Below, piece after piece: positions 12,640 to 24,602 of a DNA stretch of 32,953 nucleotides (positions are counted from its first letter, which is position 1; each line of letters starts with the position of its first letter). Below the pieces are notes generated by a model. That model saw nothing but the letters and a program-made list of their open reading frames with translations, was not told the DNA's origin and made no database searches. The position numbers and the translations under genes were made by a program. The stretch lies in NCBI GenBank assembly GCA_024626585.2, contig JANKJI020000004.1:21434036-21466988 (forward strand), read 5' to 3'. The stretch comes from Ginkgo biloba. Its lineage: Eukaryota; Plantae; Ginkgophyta.

Positions 12640-13660
12640 GCCATAGCCCGACCTGTCATTCAATTAAACAAAATTTTATCCAGACATAGGTATAAAATGA
12701 AGACACCATAAGGATCAGGTCCACATATCTGTATGGAAAGAGGCTCTTTCACTCCATCCTGAAGAGCTGGATGAGGAAGTAGATGATGCCAAGCTAGTCA
12801 GTTCTACCCCTTCAACATGGTGTACAAAACATTCTGTACAGATTTTCTCTCCGATCAGGGCTTTTGTAATGTTTGCCTGCTCATAAAGCATTGCATCTAA
12901 GACCTATTACATCGATTGGGGGAAACAGGAAGCCAACATTTTTCTTCTTATCCAAACTAGACAAGCACTGTTACAGCCTAGAAAAGTCAAGTTAGTCTTA
13001 TCTTGGAATCTGTGAAAAATGACAAGTTTTCCTATGAGGTCAGTACTTTTGTATTGCAGCTAAAGGTGAGCTCACCAGGGAAAGTGGTGAGGAGAGAGAA
13101 AAAGGTAAAGAGAAGGGCCCAAGATGTAATCCAGAATAGGGTGTCTCATATTAGAGTCACAAAAGAGTTCTTGTATCGTAGGGCATCTTCAAGGATAGGT
13201 CCAGTGCTTTTGTGGGAGGTTGTGCCCAATTTTTCTTACATATGGAGAGTTTCCTACAGGCTTTAGCAACTTCTTCCGCATCATTCTACTCTTCTNNNNN
13301 NNNNNNNNNNNNNNNNNNNNNNNNNNNNNNNNNNNNNNNNNNNNNNNNNNNNNNNNNNNNNNNNNNNNNNNNNNNNNNNNNNNNNNNNNNNNNNNAAGTT
13401 ATCATTTGAAGAATTAGTTACCATTTTGATTGCAGTCCCAAGTGATAACAGGCCCATATTGCATAAACATCTAGCAATTGCAGGTGTAAAAGTTGGGGTT
13501 GGGTGATGGCCATCTTGTCCTATGTGGAAGGTTGAAAACTTAGATAAGATGTTTTAGTAATGTTCGTTTGTAGAAAGTATGGAAATTAATAATTACTAGA
13601 ACTCTCATGGAGATAAGAAAGATTGTTTAAGCACATTCCTCCCTATCCCGTATGCATTAC
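12640..13660 (-). mobile_element. Possible 3' remnant of a LINE-like element
   Basis: The minus strand reads as decayed coding-like sequence ending in a T-rich tail near 12660-12720, resembling plant L1 3' ends. No RT motif seen. Confidence 0.25.
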
Positions 13661-14694
13661 TAGAAGCTAACTTGCCTAGTTTGAGTTTGAATTTGAGTTT
13701 GGTGAGCAAAATATTGGACAGAAAATCAGCAAGGTTGAAAGCAATTGAGAAAATTTGCCATAAAGTTTGTCGAATCCATAAATATTTTTTTTATTGCATT
13801 CATATTTTCAAAAGAAATCAAGATAGAAAAAAATATTAAGCATCAAAACAAGCATGCATTTGACCAATACCTTCGTAAATTTTCATATTTTATTACTTTT
13901 TACTTATGTTTAAGCTAAATATCTTAAGGTCAAATCATTGAACAAGACCTTTGAAAAAATTCAGCAATTTTTATGACTAATTCGGTCCCAACTCAAAAAT
14001 TGGCGAAAAACATTTTTTTTCTAGAAACATCGCTAAACCTTGTGACTTAGACTGGAAGTAAGTTGTAGAGAGACAACAAAAGGGAGATGGAAATTACAAA
14101 ATAACTCATTCATGTTGCTAATCATAGAAATGCTTGCTTGCAGATACATGTCAAAAAGTCAAACATGGTTTTTGGGAGATGGAGGAGCTTGGCGACTCAG
14201 TTATTATATTGGGTTCCATTTTGCAATAGATCTTGGTCATGTATGCCATGGGCACATAGTGTAGTTCTGTTTTTGTACATTATGTCAAAGATGCAATGAA
14301 CATGTTGCCATACAAAGAATTTTTTAATCCTTGACATCCACCTCTCATAAGTGGATGAAAAAAGAAATAAATAATTAAACTAAATCATGATAAAAATGAT
14401 ATATAATAATAAATATATCAAAAAATAAATTTATTAATTAGCCTNNNNNNNNNNAAATTTTGCATATACCTTTTTTAAGGTTTGCATACCATGGTTTTTG
14501 TGATATACTGCAAGTTGTACTTTGGATTAGTTGCAGAGGGTTGTACAAGATTTTTTGATCAAGTACTAAACATAGACTAATACAAGTCACTAAAAACTTC
14601 ATGCGTAAGATAGTTACATTATACTATATTTTAATAGTTGCAAGATTGATATAATCCTTAAGGGTGGACTTAGGATAGAAAAGGNNNNNNNNNN

Positions 14695-17275
14695 TGTAGC
14701 AAGGAAACAACCCAAATTGGGGAAGAGCAAGGGATAGGCACTTGAAATTCAAAGGAAAGCTACTGTGGTAGAGCTTGTGGGTGAGCCTCCAAGGGAAATT
14801 TCGGCAACATGACCTTGCATAATCCAATTGCCTCCCATTGAACCTAATTGGGGCTCAATTTATAGAAAAAGAGAAAGAATGACAGCCAATTAGGACCCTA
14901 CACGTTGAAATTCCANNNNNNNNNNNNNNNNNNNNNNNNNNNNNTGAAAGCAGCCTCGTCCATCTGGAAAAACAAACGAGGTGTTTGAAATTCTTTGAAT
15001 TTTTTATTTTTTTCCATCAGAAACAACCAATGCCACTTAAGGATGCGCGGTTGTAGAGAACACCGCTTAACACCGTGCTCTTAAGTGGCGTGCCACCAAA
15101 GGACACGTTGAAAAGCGACACTTAGCATGCATAAGCAATGTGGGCCCCACTGTCCAAAAAAGTTAGAAAAGGACAAAATAAGGACATGATGAGGAGCAAA
15201 AGAGGTTGATTAATCATTTGAAAGGGTTAGGGACTGATTTTATGGGTGTGATGACCAATTTCGAGCGTCTGGAGTAGCAACAATGGAATAGACCTATAAC
15301 AACCAATAGACGACCCATTTTATTAATAATGGAAAAACAATACATGTGTGGCATGACGAGGCATGATTATTGCTTCAACGACCTAATCTACCCAAAATGT
15401 TGTTTCGAGAGCCATAGGCGGCCTCTCGTTACAAGAATATAGCTTTTATAATCAAAACCCCAATTTTGTGATATAGTGGGATTAGCGCCCTTTCTTTTAA
15501 GCTAATCCTTTTCATTCAATTAACCCTAGACTAGGATCTTAATCCTTCATCAACCTTGATCAAAAGCTCTCTCATGCTACCATTGTGGAAAATAGAGAAG
15601 AGGAAGAACAAAAGAGAGGATTGTGGAAATTGTTGGCTTTCATGCATTTGCGTGGAGATTAGTCTATTCCACTAATTATATGCTTATTGGAGATTATCAA
15701 TGCTGAAAAATTTGCCTTCAATCCTCTAATAGAGCTCATGGTGAATGTAATTTTTTTGATATATGAATTAAGGTGGAAGAATTGCAATTTTCTTGAGCTT
15801 GATGCTTGTGCACACAAGCNNNNNNNNNNNNNNNNNNNNNNNNNNNNNNNNNNNNNNNNNNNNNNNNNNNNNNNNNNNNNNNNNNNNNNNNNNNNNNNNN
15901 NNNNNNNNNNNNNNNNNNNAGCCAGTTTGGGATTGAAACTTGATGATGGAGGATGATGGGAGCTAGATACCCTTCCCACAGAGGAGAACCAACACCCAAC
16001 AACTGTTTAGACCTGCAAAAATAACCAAAATGGCCATGTAAAAACTAAGAATGGCTCTACACAAACTAAGAACGTCCTACAATATAGTTAGACCAAAACA
16101 TCAGTGAAGAATGACCTTGTAGTATGTTTCCCATGGTTTCTAAGCTCAATTTCTCTTTCTCAAATGTTTTTCTCAACCCATTCAAGGTTTTGAAGTAAAA
16201 AACCAGAGTTCTCTACTATTTGCAACACAAAAAAATAATTTTCCACTTGTCTCTCATCAAATTAGGTTTGTAGAAGTCGCCCAAGTTTTCTTTTGCCAAT
16301 TCTTATTGTTGAATCTTCCACAATTTTGCGAGGATCATCAAGAATTGCTTCATCCTAGTGCATCTCCTTTATGTGGCACATTCTTTTTCAAGATCTACGA
16401 CCACAAGAAGATTAACATATTGCATTTCAACTTTCAAGCCATTGGAGCATTGGGTGCTATAGCTCTTCAATTGGAGGACTCCATTTGGAAGATTAAACTC
16501 TTTGGAGCCTAGGCCATTGGAAATTTTAGAGGAGCATAAGGAGATTCGTCATCAAACATCCTAAATCAATATTCATGTAATCTCGTTCAATAACCATCAA
16601 GCATGAGGTAGGGAAGCACTCTTAATCCCTAATTCCTCATGGTGTCAATGAATTCTTGTACATTCAATACTTGCCATACCTCTAATGAAGAGAAATTTTG
16701 GACAGGCATATTCCCAAACAATGTAGACACCCATTTCTTCCCATTCAAATTTCTGGTGATATTTTTTCTCTAGTTTCTAGAAATACAGCTTTTTAGAGGT
16801 TTAGAACTTCTAACAGATAATTATAGTCTTTTTTGTGATGGATGAATGTTTAGTCTCGAAATCGTTTTATCAGATTGCGTGATCTATATCTCCTAGACTA
16901 GTAGACCAATTGACCCACAACCACTTCAGGGATAAAATACTTTCTTTCCAGTTTCTGTACATATAAAAATTTTTTAAAATGGAATTAGTTTGAGAAAGTT
17001 ATGGCACTTTTGGTGAGAGGTGTCAAACTGTCCTAAAATAGGAATTTCCTCCTAAGAACCTAGTTCCTATTTTTGGCAAGCATTCAAATCCACCTGGCAA
17101 AACTATCACATCTCATTGGTCATAAATTCCATATTTGCATGAAGTCAATAACATCATTCTATTGGTTGATCTTTGTCATCTCACCTCTCCATGCTTAAAT
17201 TAACTGCTTTTGCTTTTTTTGATCCAACTCCATTATATGTTGGGATCTAATGAGAAAGAGTCAACGGACATATCA
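14695..17275 (+). repeat. 5' LTR of the Gypsy element (start approximate)
   Basis: 15473-17275 aligns in blocks with 20892-22422 (agtgggattagc.cc.tt.cttttaa ... gagtcaa.gga...atca). Ends in CA, directly before the PBS. Confidence 0.7.
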
Positions 17276-17276
17276 A

Positions 17277-17288
17277 TAGCATTAGAGC
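17277..17288 (+). other. Degenerate tRNA-iMet primer binding site
   Basis: tagcattagagc versus the consensus tggtatcagagc, one base after the LTR end. Confidence 0.6.
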
Positions 17289-17699
17289 AATTTTCTCCTT
17301 TGGGGAGTGCCTATCCAAATTCTCATTGCTACTAGCATATCAAAGTTTAAAAANNNNNNNNNNNNNNNNNNNNNNNNNNNNNNNNNNNNNNNNNNNNNNN
17401 NNNNNNNNNNNNNNNNNNNNNNNNNNNNNNNNNNNNNNNNNNNNNNNNNNNNNGTTTTGCATGAGAACTAGCCCGAGCAGGCTTTGATTCAACTAAAAAT
17501 TTAGGGAATGTTATTTCTTAGTCTTTTGATGAATTTGGAGCTATGAAATGAGAGAAAATAATTGATTAGAAGAAGAAAATGGTGACTATTTATCCAACAA
17601 AACTATCGCTCCAAAACAACACGGTAAAGGTTAGATTAAATTCAATAATTAGATCGAAAAGTTGAACCTACAGATGGTTCTACTACACATACAAGCAAA

Positions 17700-18620
17700 A
17701 GAAAGAGCACAAGAAGCAGAGGGAAGGCACAACAAAACGATACATAGAGTAACTAAAGAAAAAGAGATATGGGCAAATGATGGCTTTATTTCATGATTTG
17801 CAACAACACCTAAACACATAGGGCTTCGAAAGAGGGCAAAATCTTCCTCCTCTATCTCTTCAAAGCGGACAGATAAAGGTGGACGCCAAATTGGAGCTAG
17901 TTGCATATAATGGTTTTATAGATGCCAAGAGATTGGACAGTTGGATCTGAGATTTAGAAGTCTATTTTGAGACTCAAAGAGTTGAGGATGCCATGCTTTC
18001 TTATGGTGGGAATCATATTGTGCTAGCATGCACAAATAGGTTTACAACAAGTCATAAATCAGGAAGTGCTTAAGGTATGCACAAATAGGTTTATCACAGG
18101 TCATATATTTGGAAGAGCTTGAGGCTCTTCTAAGACAATTGTTCTATCCCATTGACCATACGTAGTGTTTGCCAAAGAAATGGCATTATTTGAGGAAGGG
18201 ACAAGGTCAAAGTGTACAAAGTTATACAGATTCCTTCCACAAGTTCAACATCAAATTGAGAGTAATTGAGATTGAGAACACTTTGGTTCTCAAATCCATT
18301 GGACGTCTTTACAATTCCATTTAGCAAGAGTTGGGGCTCATTACTATCAACTCGTTGGATATGGCCTTTAGTTATGCATTGAGAAAGGCCAAGCTCTCTA
18401 AAAAGAGAGCTTCTCATGCTGCTTTCTCTTCACCTTCTTCCAAGAAGGGTTCCTTCCAAAAGGCACCATTTTCAAAACCACCTCAAAATGTAATAGGCAA
18501 CAAAAGCCATCTAATGGAAAGAAAGCATCTAATTTTATTTTTGAGAATAACAAAAGATGTGGAATGTGATCAGAAAGGTGTATTGTTTGAATCTACTCTG
18601 AGAGATCAAACAAGTCACTA
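17700..18620 (+). pseudogene. Gypsy gag remnant
   Basis: Fragments such as LEVYFETQ, WWES, WEELEALLRQLFYP and KWHYLRKGQGQSVQSYTDSF match retrotransposon gag. Multiple stops and frameshifts. Confidence 0.7.
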
Positions 18621-19426
18621 GTTTCACACATATAGAAGGGAATTCCAACATTGGAATGACATAAGAATACTGTTTGGAATGATTTATTTTGCTAGCCTCT
18701 GGATCATTCACCAACGTGAGTGCGGAATTGGAAGTTGGCTTCAGAGATTCGGTCCTGGAGGATGAGGTCATGATATAGGTCTNNNNNNNNNNNNNNNNNN
18801 NNNNNNNNNNNNNNNNNNNNNNNNNNNNNNNNNNNNNNNNNNNNNNNNNNNNNNNNNNNNNNNNNNNNNNNNNNNNNNNNNNNNNNNNNNNNNNNNNNNN
18901 NNNNNNNNNNNNNNNNNNNNNNNNNNNNNNNNNNNNNNNNNNNNNNNNNNNNNNNNNNNNNNNNNNNNNNNNNNNNNNNNNNNNNNNNNNNNNNNNNNNN
19001 NNNNNNNNNNNNNNNNNNNNNNNNNNNNNNNNNNNNNNNNNNNNNNNNNNNNNNNNNNNNNNNNNNNNNNNNNNNNNNNNNNNNNNNNNNNNNNNNNNNN
19101 NNNNNNNNNNNNNNNNNNNNNNNNNNNNNNNNNNNNNNNNNNNNNNNNNNNNNNNNNNNNNNNNNNNNNNNNNNNNNNNNNNNNNNNNNNNNNNNNNNNN
19201 NNNNNNNNNNNNNNNNNNNNNNNNNNNNNNNNNNNNNNNNNNNNNNNNNNNNNNNNNNNNNNNNNNNNNNNNNNNNNNNNNNNNNNNNNNNNNNNNNNNN
19301 NNNNNNNNNNNNNNNNNNNNNNNNNNNNNNNNNNNNNNNNNNNNNNNNNNNNNNNNNNNNNNNNNNNNNNNNNNNNNNNNNNNNNNNNNNNNNNNNNNNN
19401 NNNNNNNNNNNNNNNNNNNNNNNNNN

Positions 19427-20640
19427 GAGTTGATTGATTAGTTGTAGGGTACCTAGTTTTTGAGAAAAATTGACCTTAAATTAATCTAGCATCAGGTGAG
19501 ATTTAAAACTAAGGATTATTGGAAAGCTACGTTCAAAATACAAGTCAGGGCATTTGAGTGGCTTGTCGTGCCTTTTGGAATTGCTAATAACCTAGCTACA
19601 TTCATGCGCCTCATGAATTATATACTTCTTCCATTCATTGAATCACATGTGGTTGTTTACTTGAATGAAACCTCGTATACAGTAGTGCCTAACAAGAGCA
19701 TATACAACTTGTCAAATCAATGACGGAGTAACCCCAAGTTCACAGGCTATATACTAACATAACAATGTGTTCCTTTAGGCAAACAAAAATTTCCTATTTT
19801 CAGTTTATAGTTTTGATAAGTAAGATGTTTGCATGGATACCAAGAAGGTATAGGTGCTCAGATTGTGGCATATGCCACAAAACCTATATAGGAATTCCCT
19901 TGGTTTAGCTAACTCCTACATGAGGTTTATAATGGGATATCCAAACATGTGCGCCATTACATGGACTTACTGAAAACTCCACCTCCTCCACTTGGATCTA
20001 ATCACAACAAGATGCTTTCATCAAGGTGAAGGAACTTATATGGACAACACTAGTTTGGCACTATCAAATTTGTGTGTACCCTTTGAGGTGGAAACAAATG
20101 CTTCNNNNNNNNNNTGTATGTTATGGGCATAGTTCTTAAGCAGAGAGGAAGTTAGTAGCTTATGATTCTGAGACCTACATTGCTAAGAAGAAATATTCTA
20201 CATACAAGAAGCAAATGTTTGCCCTTGTCCAAGCACTTAAATATTGGAGACACTATCTCCTTGGTAAGGAGACGATAGTGCACATAAATCATCAACCACT
20301 CCAATTTCTTCGCAATCAATCAAAGATCCAAAAGCATTGCCACATGAAAAGGGCTTTATACCTTCACCAATTTCACATTGTGATAAAGTATAAGCAGGGT
20401 ATGACCAATAACACGATTCATTTCTCAAATAGACCACCTATAGCCAGTCTTCTTAATGTCATGGGCACTGAGTGCCTTATATACTCAAAGTGGAGAGAGG
20501 CCTATGCTACAGATGTGAAATTCAATGAGATTTACACAACTCTCCTTCATCCCACTCTACAAAATATGGAGCCTTATTTGTATTATCATTTCCAAGTTGG
20601 ATTTTTATTTAGGTAGGACATATTATGTGTTCCAGAAGTT
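19427..20640 (+). pseudogene. Gypsy pol remnant (reverse transcriptase + RNase H)
   Basis: DYWKATFK..FEWLVVPFGIANNLATFMRLMN..VVVYLNE (degenerate YLDD), PFEVETNAS, ALVQALKYWRHYLLGKETIVHINHQPLQFL, IKYKQG. Confidence 0.9.
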
Positions 20641-20690
20641 AGTGGCAAGGACAAATTTGGCTCAAGACACATTGGGGACCAATGTAGCTT

Positions 20691-20703
20691 AAGTAGGGAG
20701 GAA
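20691..20703 (+). other. Polypurine tract
   Basis: aagtagggaggaa just before the presumed TG start of the 3' LTR. Confidence 0.55.
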
Positions 20704-20707
20704 TCAA

Positions 20708-22422
20708 TGTGCCACCTATTCATTTTGCTTATCTTATTGGCAACATATTGTCTCATAATGTACATGTGTATATTTTAAATACTAACTCATGTTATTGTAG
20801 AGGGCAACTAGACCCGATGAGAACTAGCCCCTCTTCTCTTAAGTGAATACCATAGGACCTTACCTTTTAATTCTTTAGTGCCTTCCTGAATAAGTGGGAT
20901 TAGCACCTTTTCTTTTAAATTCATCCCCTTTTAATTAATCCTAGTTTAGGACTTTAATCCTTCTTCAATCTTGAGCAAGAGCTCTCTCATGCCACCATTA
21001 TGGAAATTAGGGAAGAGGAAGAATGGAAGAGAGCATAGTGAAGATTGTTGGACTCCAAGCATTTGTGTGGAGATTTGTCCATTTCACTGATGATATGTTT
21101 GTTGGAAATTCTCCATGTTAAAATATTTGTGCTCAATCCTCTTGAGCTCATGGTGAATGTAATTTCTTTCATAGAAATGGAGGTGGAAGAATTTCAGTTT
21201 TCTTGAGTCAATACTTGCAAATGCAATGAAGTGGCATTGTACATGTTGGATCAAAGGTTCAAGGCGTGCCAATTTGAGCAGTTCCAATTNNNNNNNNNNN
21301 NNNNNNNNNNNNNNNNNNNNNNNNNNNNNNNNNNNNNNNNNNNNNNNNNNNNNNNNNNNNNNNNNNNNNNNNNNNNNNNNNNNNNNNNNTGGTGCATGTA
21401 ATTTTTTTCATATATGAATAAAGGTGGAAGGATTTAAATTTTTCTTGGGCTTAACACTTGCGCACGCAAGAAAATGCTTCAAAGAGCGTTGCCTGTATTA
21501 GATTGAAGCTTGAAGGCATCCAATTTAAGGAGCTCCAATCCTTGAATCTTATGAAATTTTGTGAGGATCATCAACAATTCCTTCATCTTAGTCCATTTCT
21601 TTTGTGTCACATTCTTCTTCAAAATTTAAAACTTCAAGGAAGATTAGCATCTTGCATTTCAAGCCATTGGAGGATTGAGAGGAAGGCCTCTTCACTCGGA
21701 TGACTTCATTTGGGTGATTAGGCTCTTTGAGCCTAGGCCATTTGAGATTTGAGAGAAGCATTGGCAAATTCATCCTCAAGCTTCCTTCATCAATATTCAT
21801 CTAATCTCATTTAAGAATTATCTAACATGGGGTAGGGAAGCCCTTCCAATTTTAATTCCTTGTTGTCATTAAGTTCTTGCGCATTAAACACTATCCATGC
21901 ATCCAATGAGGGTACTTTATGGGCTACCACATTGCAGAAAGCATAACTTTTGATGTAGACATGCCTTTCTTCCCATTCAAATTCCTGGTGTTAGGTTTTT
22001 GTTTCAAGTTTCCAAAGATATAACTTTTTAGGGATTTAGAACTTCAGATAGAAAGTTAAGTCATTTTTGTGAAGGGTGGATTTCAGTCCCAAAAACGTTT
22101 AGACAAATTTCTTGAGCTATATTTCAGGGATAAAGTACTCTCTGTCTGTTTCTGAACATATTAAAAGTTCTAAAAATGGAGTTATTATGAGAGAACTGTC
22201 AAGATGGGCGTAGTTGCTGTTTTTCGCAAATGTTTAAATCCATATCGCAAAACTATGACATTTAGCTGGTCATGAATTCCTTCTCCATACCTGCATGGAG
22301 TCAATACCATCATTCTATTAATTGATCCTTGTCATCTCACCTCTTCATGCTTGAATTTCGCTTCTTTTGATCTACATGCATTGCATGTTGAGGTCTACAG
22401 AGGGAGAGTCAAGGATGTATCA
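20708..22422 (+). repeat. 3' LTR of the Gypsy element
   Basis: Follows the PPT, ends ...ggatgtatCA, and is homologous to 15473-17275. Confidence 0.75.
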
Positions 22423-22944
22423 TTGGAAGAATTCAAAGGGTAAATTATTTCTACATCAGACAGCTACAATCTCTCAATGCAATATCCTATTCATTAAGAG
22501 CAGATGAGCGCAACCCAAAAACAACTCCATAAATTGAAACTTGTGCTAAAATGTATTTCTTACTGTTGACCATCTACAATATGGAATGTCCACGGTCCAT
22601 TTCCCCACCTCCACCCAATGAGCCAAACACCCTGGTTTACATGCCGTGAGAATGCCTATCTAGTTTGCCCTTGTAAAGGTAGGTCTTCAGAACCTTCCAA
22701 GCAATTGATCTAAAGAAGTTTTTCATATAGGAAACATACATTTAAGGAAATGCTGACCACCCAGATCAAGGCCTTGGCTACTTTGGCAGATCAATGTGCA
22801 AAACTTGAAATATGCTTTTAACTGTTTCTCAGAATCAACATATCCAAGTTGAACAGTTGATCAATGTCAAGTATTCAATGGAAGGCCTAAGCTACATTGG
22901 CTGATCTCTTTAATGTTTCTGGGCAATGTGAAGAACTTGAAATA

Positions 22945-23538
22945 TATGCGTTAAACCATTTCAAGGAATCAAGATTCAACAGACCCAGGCAGACAGCTTG
23001 AGCAATTCTCTTCTCCTCACCTCAAAAAATAGGTACTCATGAACCAAGTTATACACAAGATGCCTCTTTCGATGCATTATCCTGTTTATCCTTGATGCAG
23101 GAAAAAATATCATAACCATAACTAGGCCTAGACCTGGCCCACATAGCATTGGGCCTGAAATGATATATTAGATGAGATGCTCAACAGATCATTGCGACAT
23201 TACTGTTGACCTATAGATGTTTCAGATGTGGGTCTCTCATATGCTTTAAACCATTTCACCAAATCAAGATTCAACATACCCAGGCAGACAGCTTGAACAA
23301 TTTTTTTCTATTTCACCTCAAAAAATAGGTATTCATGGACCAAGTTATACACAAGATACCTCTTCCAATGGCATATCCTGTTTATCCTAGATGCATAAAA
23401 AATCATAACCATAACTAGGCCTAGACCTGGCCAACATAGCATTGGGCCTGAAACAAAATATTAGATGAGATACTCAACAGCACATTGCGACCTTACTGCT
23501 AACCTATAAATTTTTCAGATGTGGTTCTCTCGTATGCT
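22945..23538. repeat. Tandem duplication, ~295 bp unit x2
   Basis: ttaaaccatttca...aatcaagattcaaca.acccaggcagacagcttga.caatt ... cataaccataactaggcctagacctggcc.acatagcattgggcctgaaa ... ttcagatgtgg.tctctc.tatgc at ~22950 and ~23245. Confidence 0.92.
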
Positions 23539-24119
23539 TATTCTGAAGGGGGTTGTAGCCTTGTATTACATACTTGTTTTATTTTCAAGTCAAAGAGGGT
23601 CAAGATAAACTTCAGTACTGAAAGTCTTCCCATTTGACCTGTGACTCTTTTTTGTTGTCCAGTATATAATGATGCAATTTGGCTTTTGGATGTTTGACAG
23701 TAAAGGGATATTACATAAAAATAAAAGAAACATAGAAAATATTTCAATAGCATCAAATAGTCTAGGAACCAAATTCTTCTTTTCAAGATTAACCATATTA
23801 CAGCTGCTTTGCAGACTAGTGTGGTCTTCTGCCATAAAGTAACATAAAGATTCCTTGTAAATCAAAGTAGAAGGCTTCTGAAGCCTTTAAGTACCTTGCC
23901 TTATCTTTTCACAACTCAGAGAAAAAGATTTCAAACATCGTAAAGCTCACTCCTAATGAGAAGTCTATATGACACGCCAGTAAAACTGAACGGATAATAA
24001 TTGCATTTATCCAAACATAACCCTTGTGACAATATATACTTAATTGCATGCATGTTGCTTTCCATGCAAAATGACAAATGATATCCAAAATTGTGAAAGC
24101 ATAAAGGATTGGGTTTCAC

Positions 24120-24427
24120 CTGATCATATGCTCGCTGCAGAAATGAGGAGTGAATTACACAAAAAGGTTTCAGTCCCTCGCATGCTAAACCAGCAGCAAA
24201 TGTAACTGCATGTTGCTCAGCCATACCAACATCAAAGCATCTATCTGGAAATCTCTTTGCAAATAAATCTAGACCTGTGCCTGCTCCCATTGCTGCATGG
24301 ATAGCAACTATGTCTTTATCTTTCTCAGTTTCTGTAGTCAAGGCTTCAACAAAATAATCTGTATATGTTTGAGTGAAGAGCTTCCTTGTAGGCCCCTCAA
24401 TGGGAGATGAACTAGACCTTCCAATAT
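24120..24427 (-). CDS. DXS: DXS-family exon (start of pyrimidine-binding domain)
   Basis: Acceptor taacag|AT in phase with the previous exon. Translates (D)[29 protein letters not shown]...[64 protein letters not shown]. Donor CAG|gtgaaa (phase 0). Confidence 0.96.
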
Positions 24428-24602
24428 CTGTTAAGATGAAAAAAGACCATGCTAAATTATCCTCTATAATGTACATGTCTATTTGACTGATAATTACCAA
24501 TTGATGAAAATTTGTATTTCATTAATGTTAGAGATTACTAGAATGAAAGACTGTTATCTAATATAAGACTCACGAATGAAGCAATACGATTGCAGAAGCT
24601 AC

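Larger units (their letters stand above)
14695..22422 (+). mobile_element. Ancient Ty3/Gypsy LTR retrotransposon, integrase deleted
   Basis: Diverged LTR pair, degenerate PBS, gag remnant, RT/RNase H remnant and PPT in canonical order. The left boundary is approximate (tgtagc after an N gap). Confidence 0.8.
7889..24119 (-). other. ~16.2 kb GT-AG intron of the DXS gene (length includes N gaps)
   Basis: Phase-0 junction QRAYDQ|VVHDVD at the conserved plant DXS intron position. Filled with TE relics. Confidence 0.85.

Noticed and set aside
13660-14050. Possible MITE/hAT-derived fragment
   Set aside because: No convincing terminal inverted repeats or TSD could be defined.
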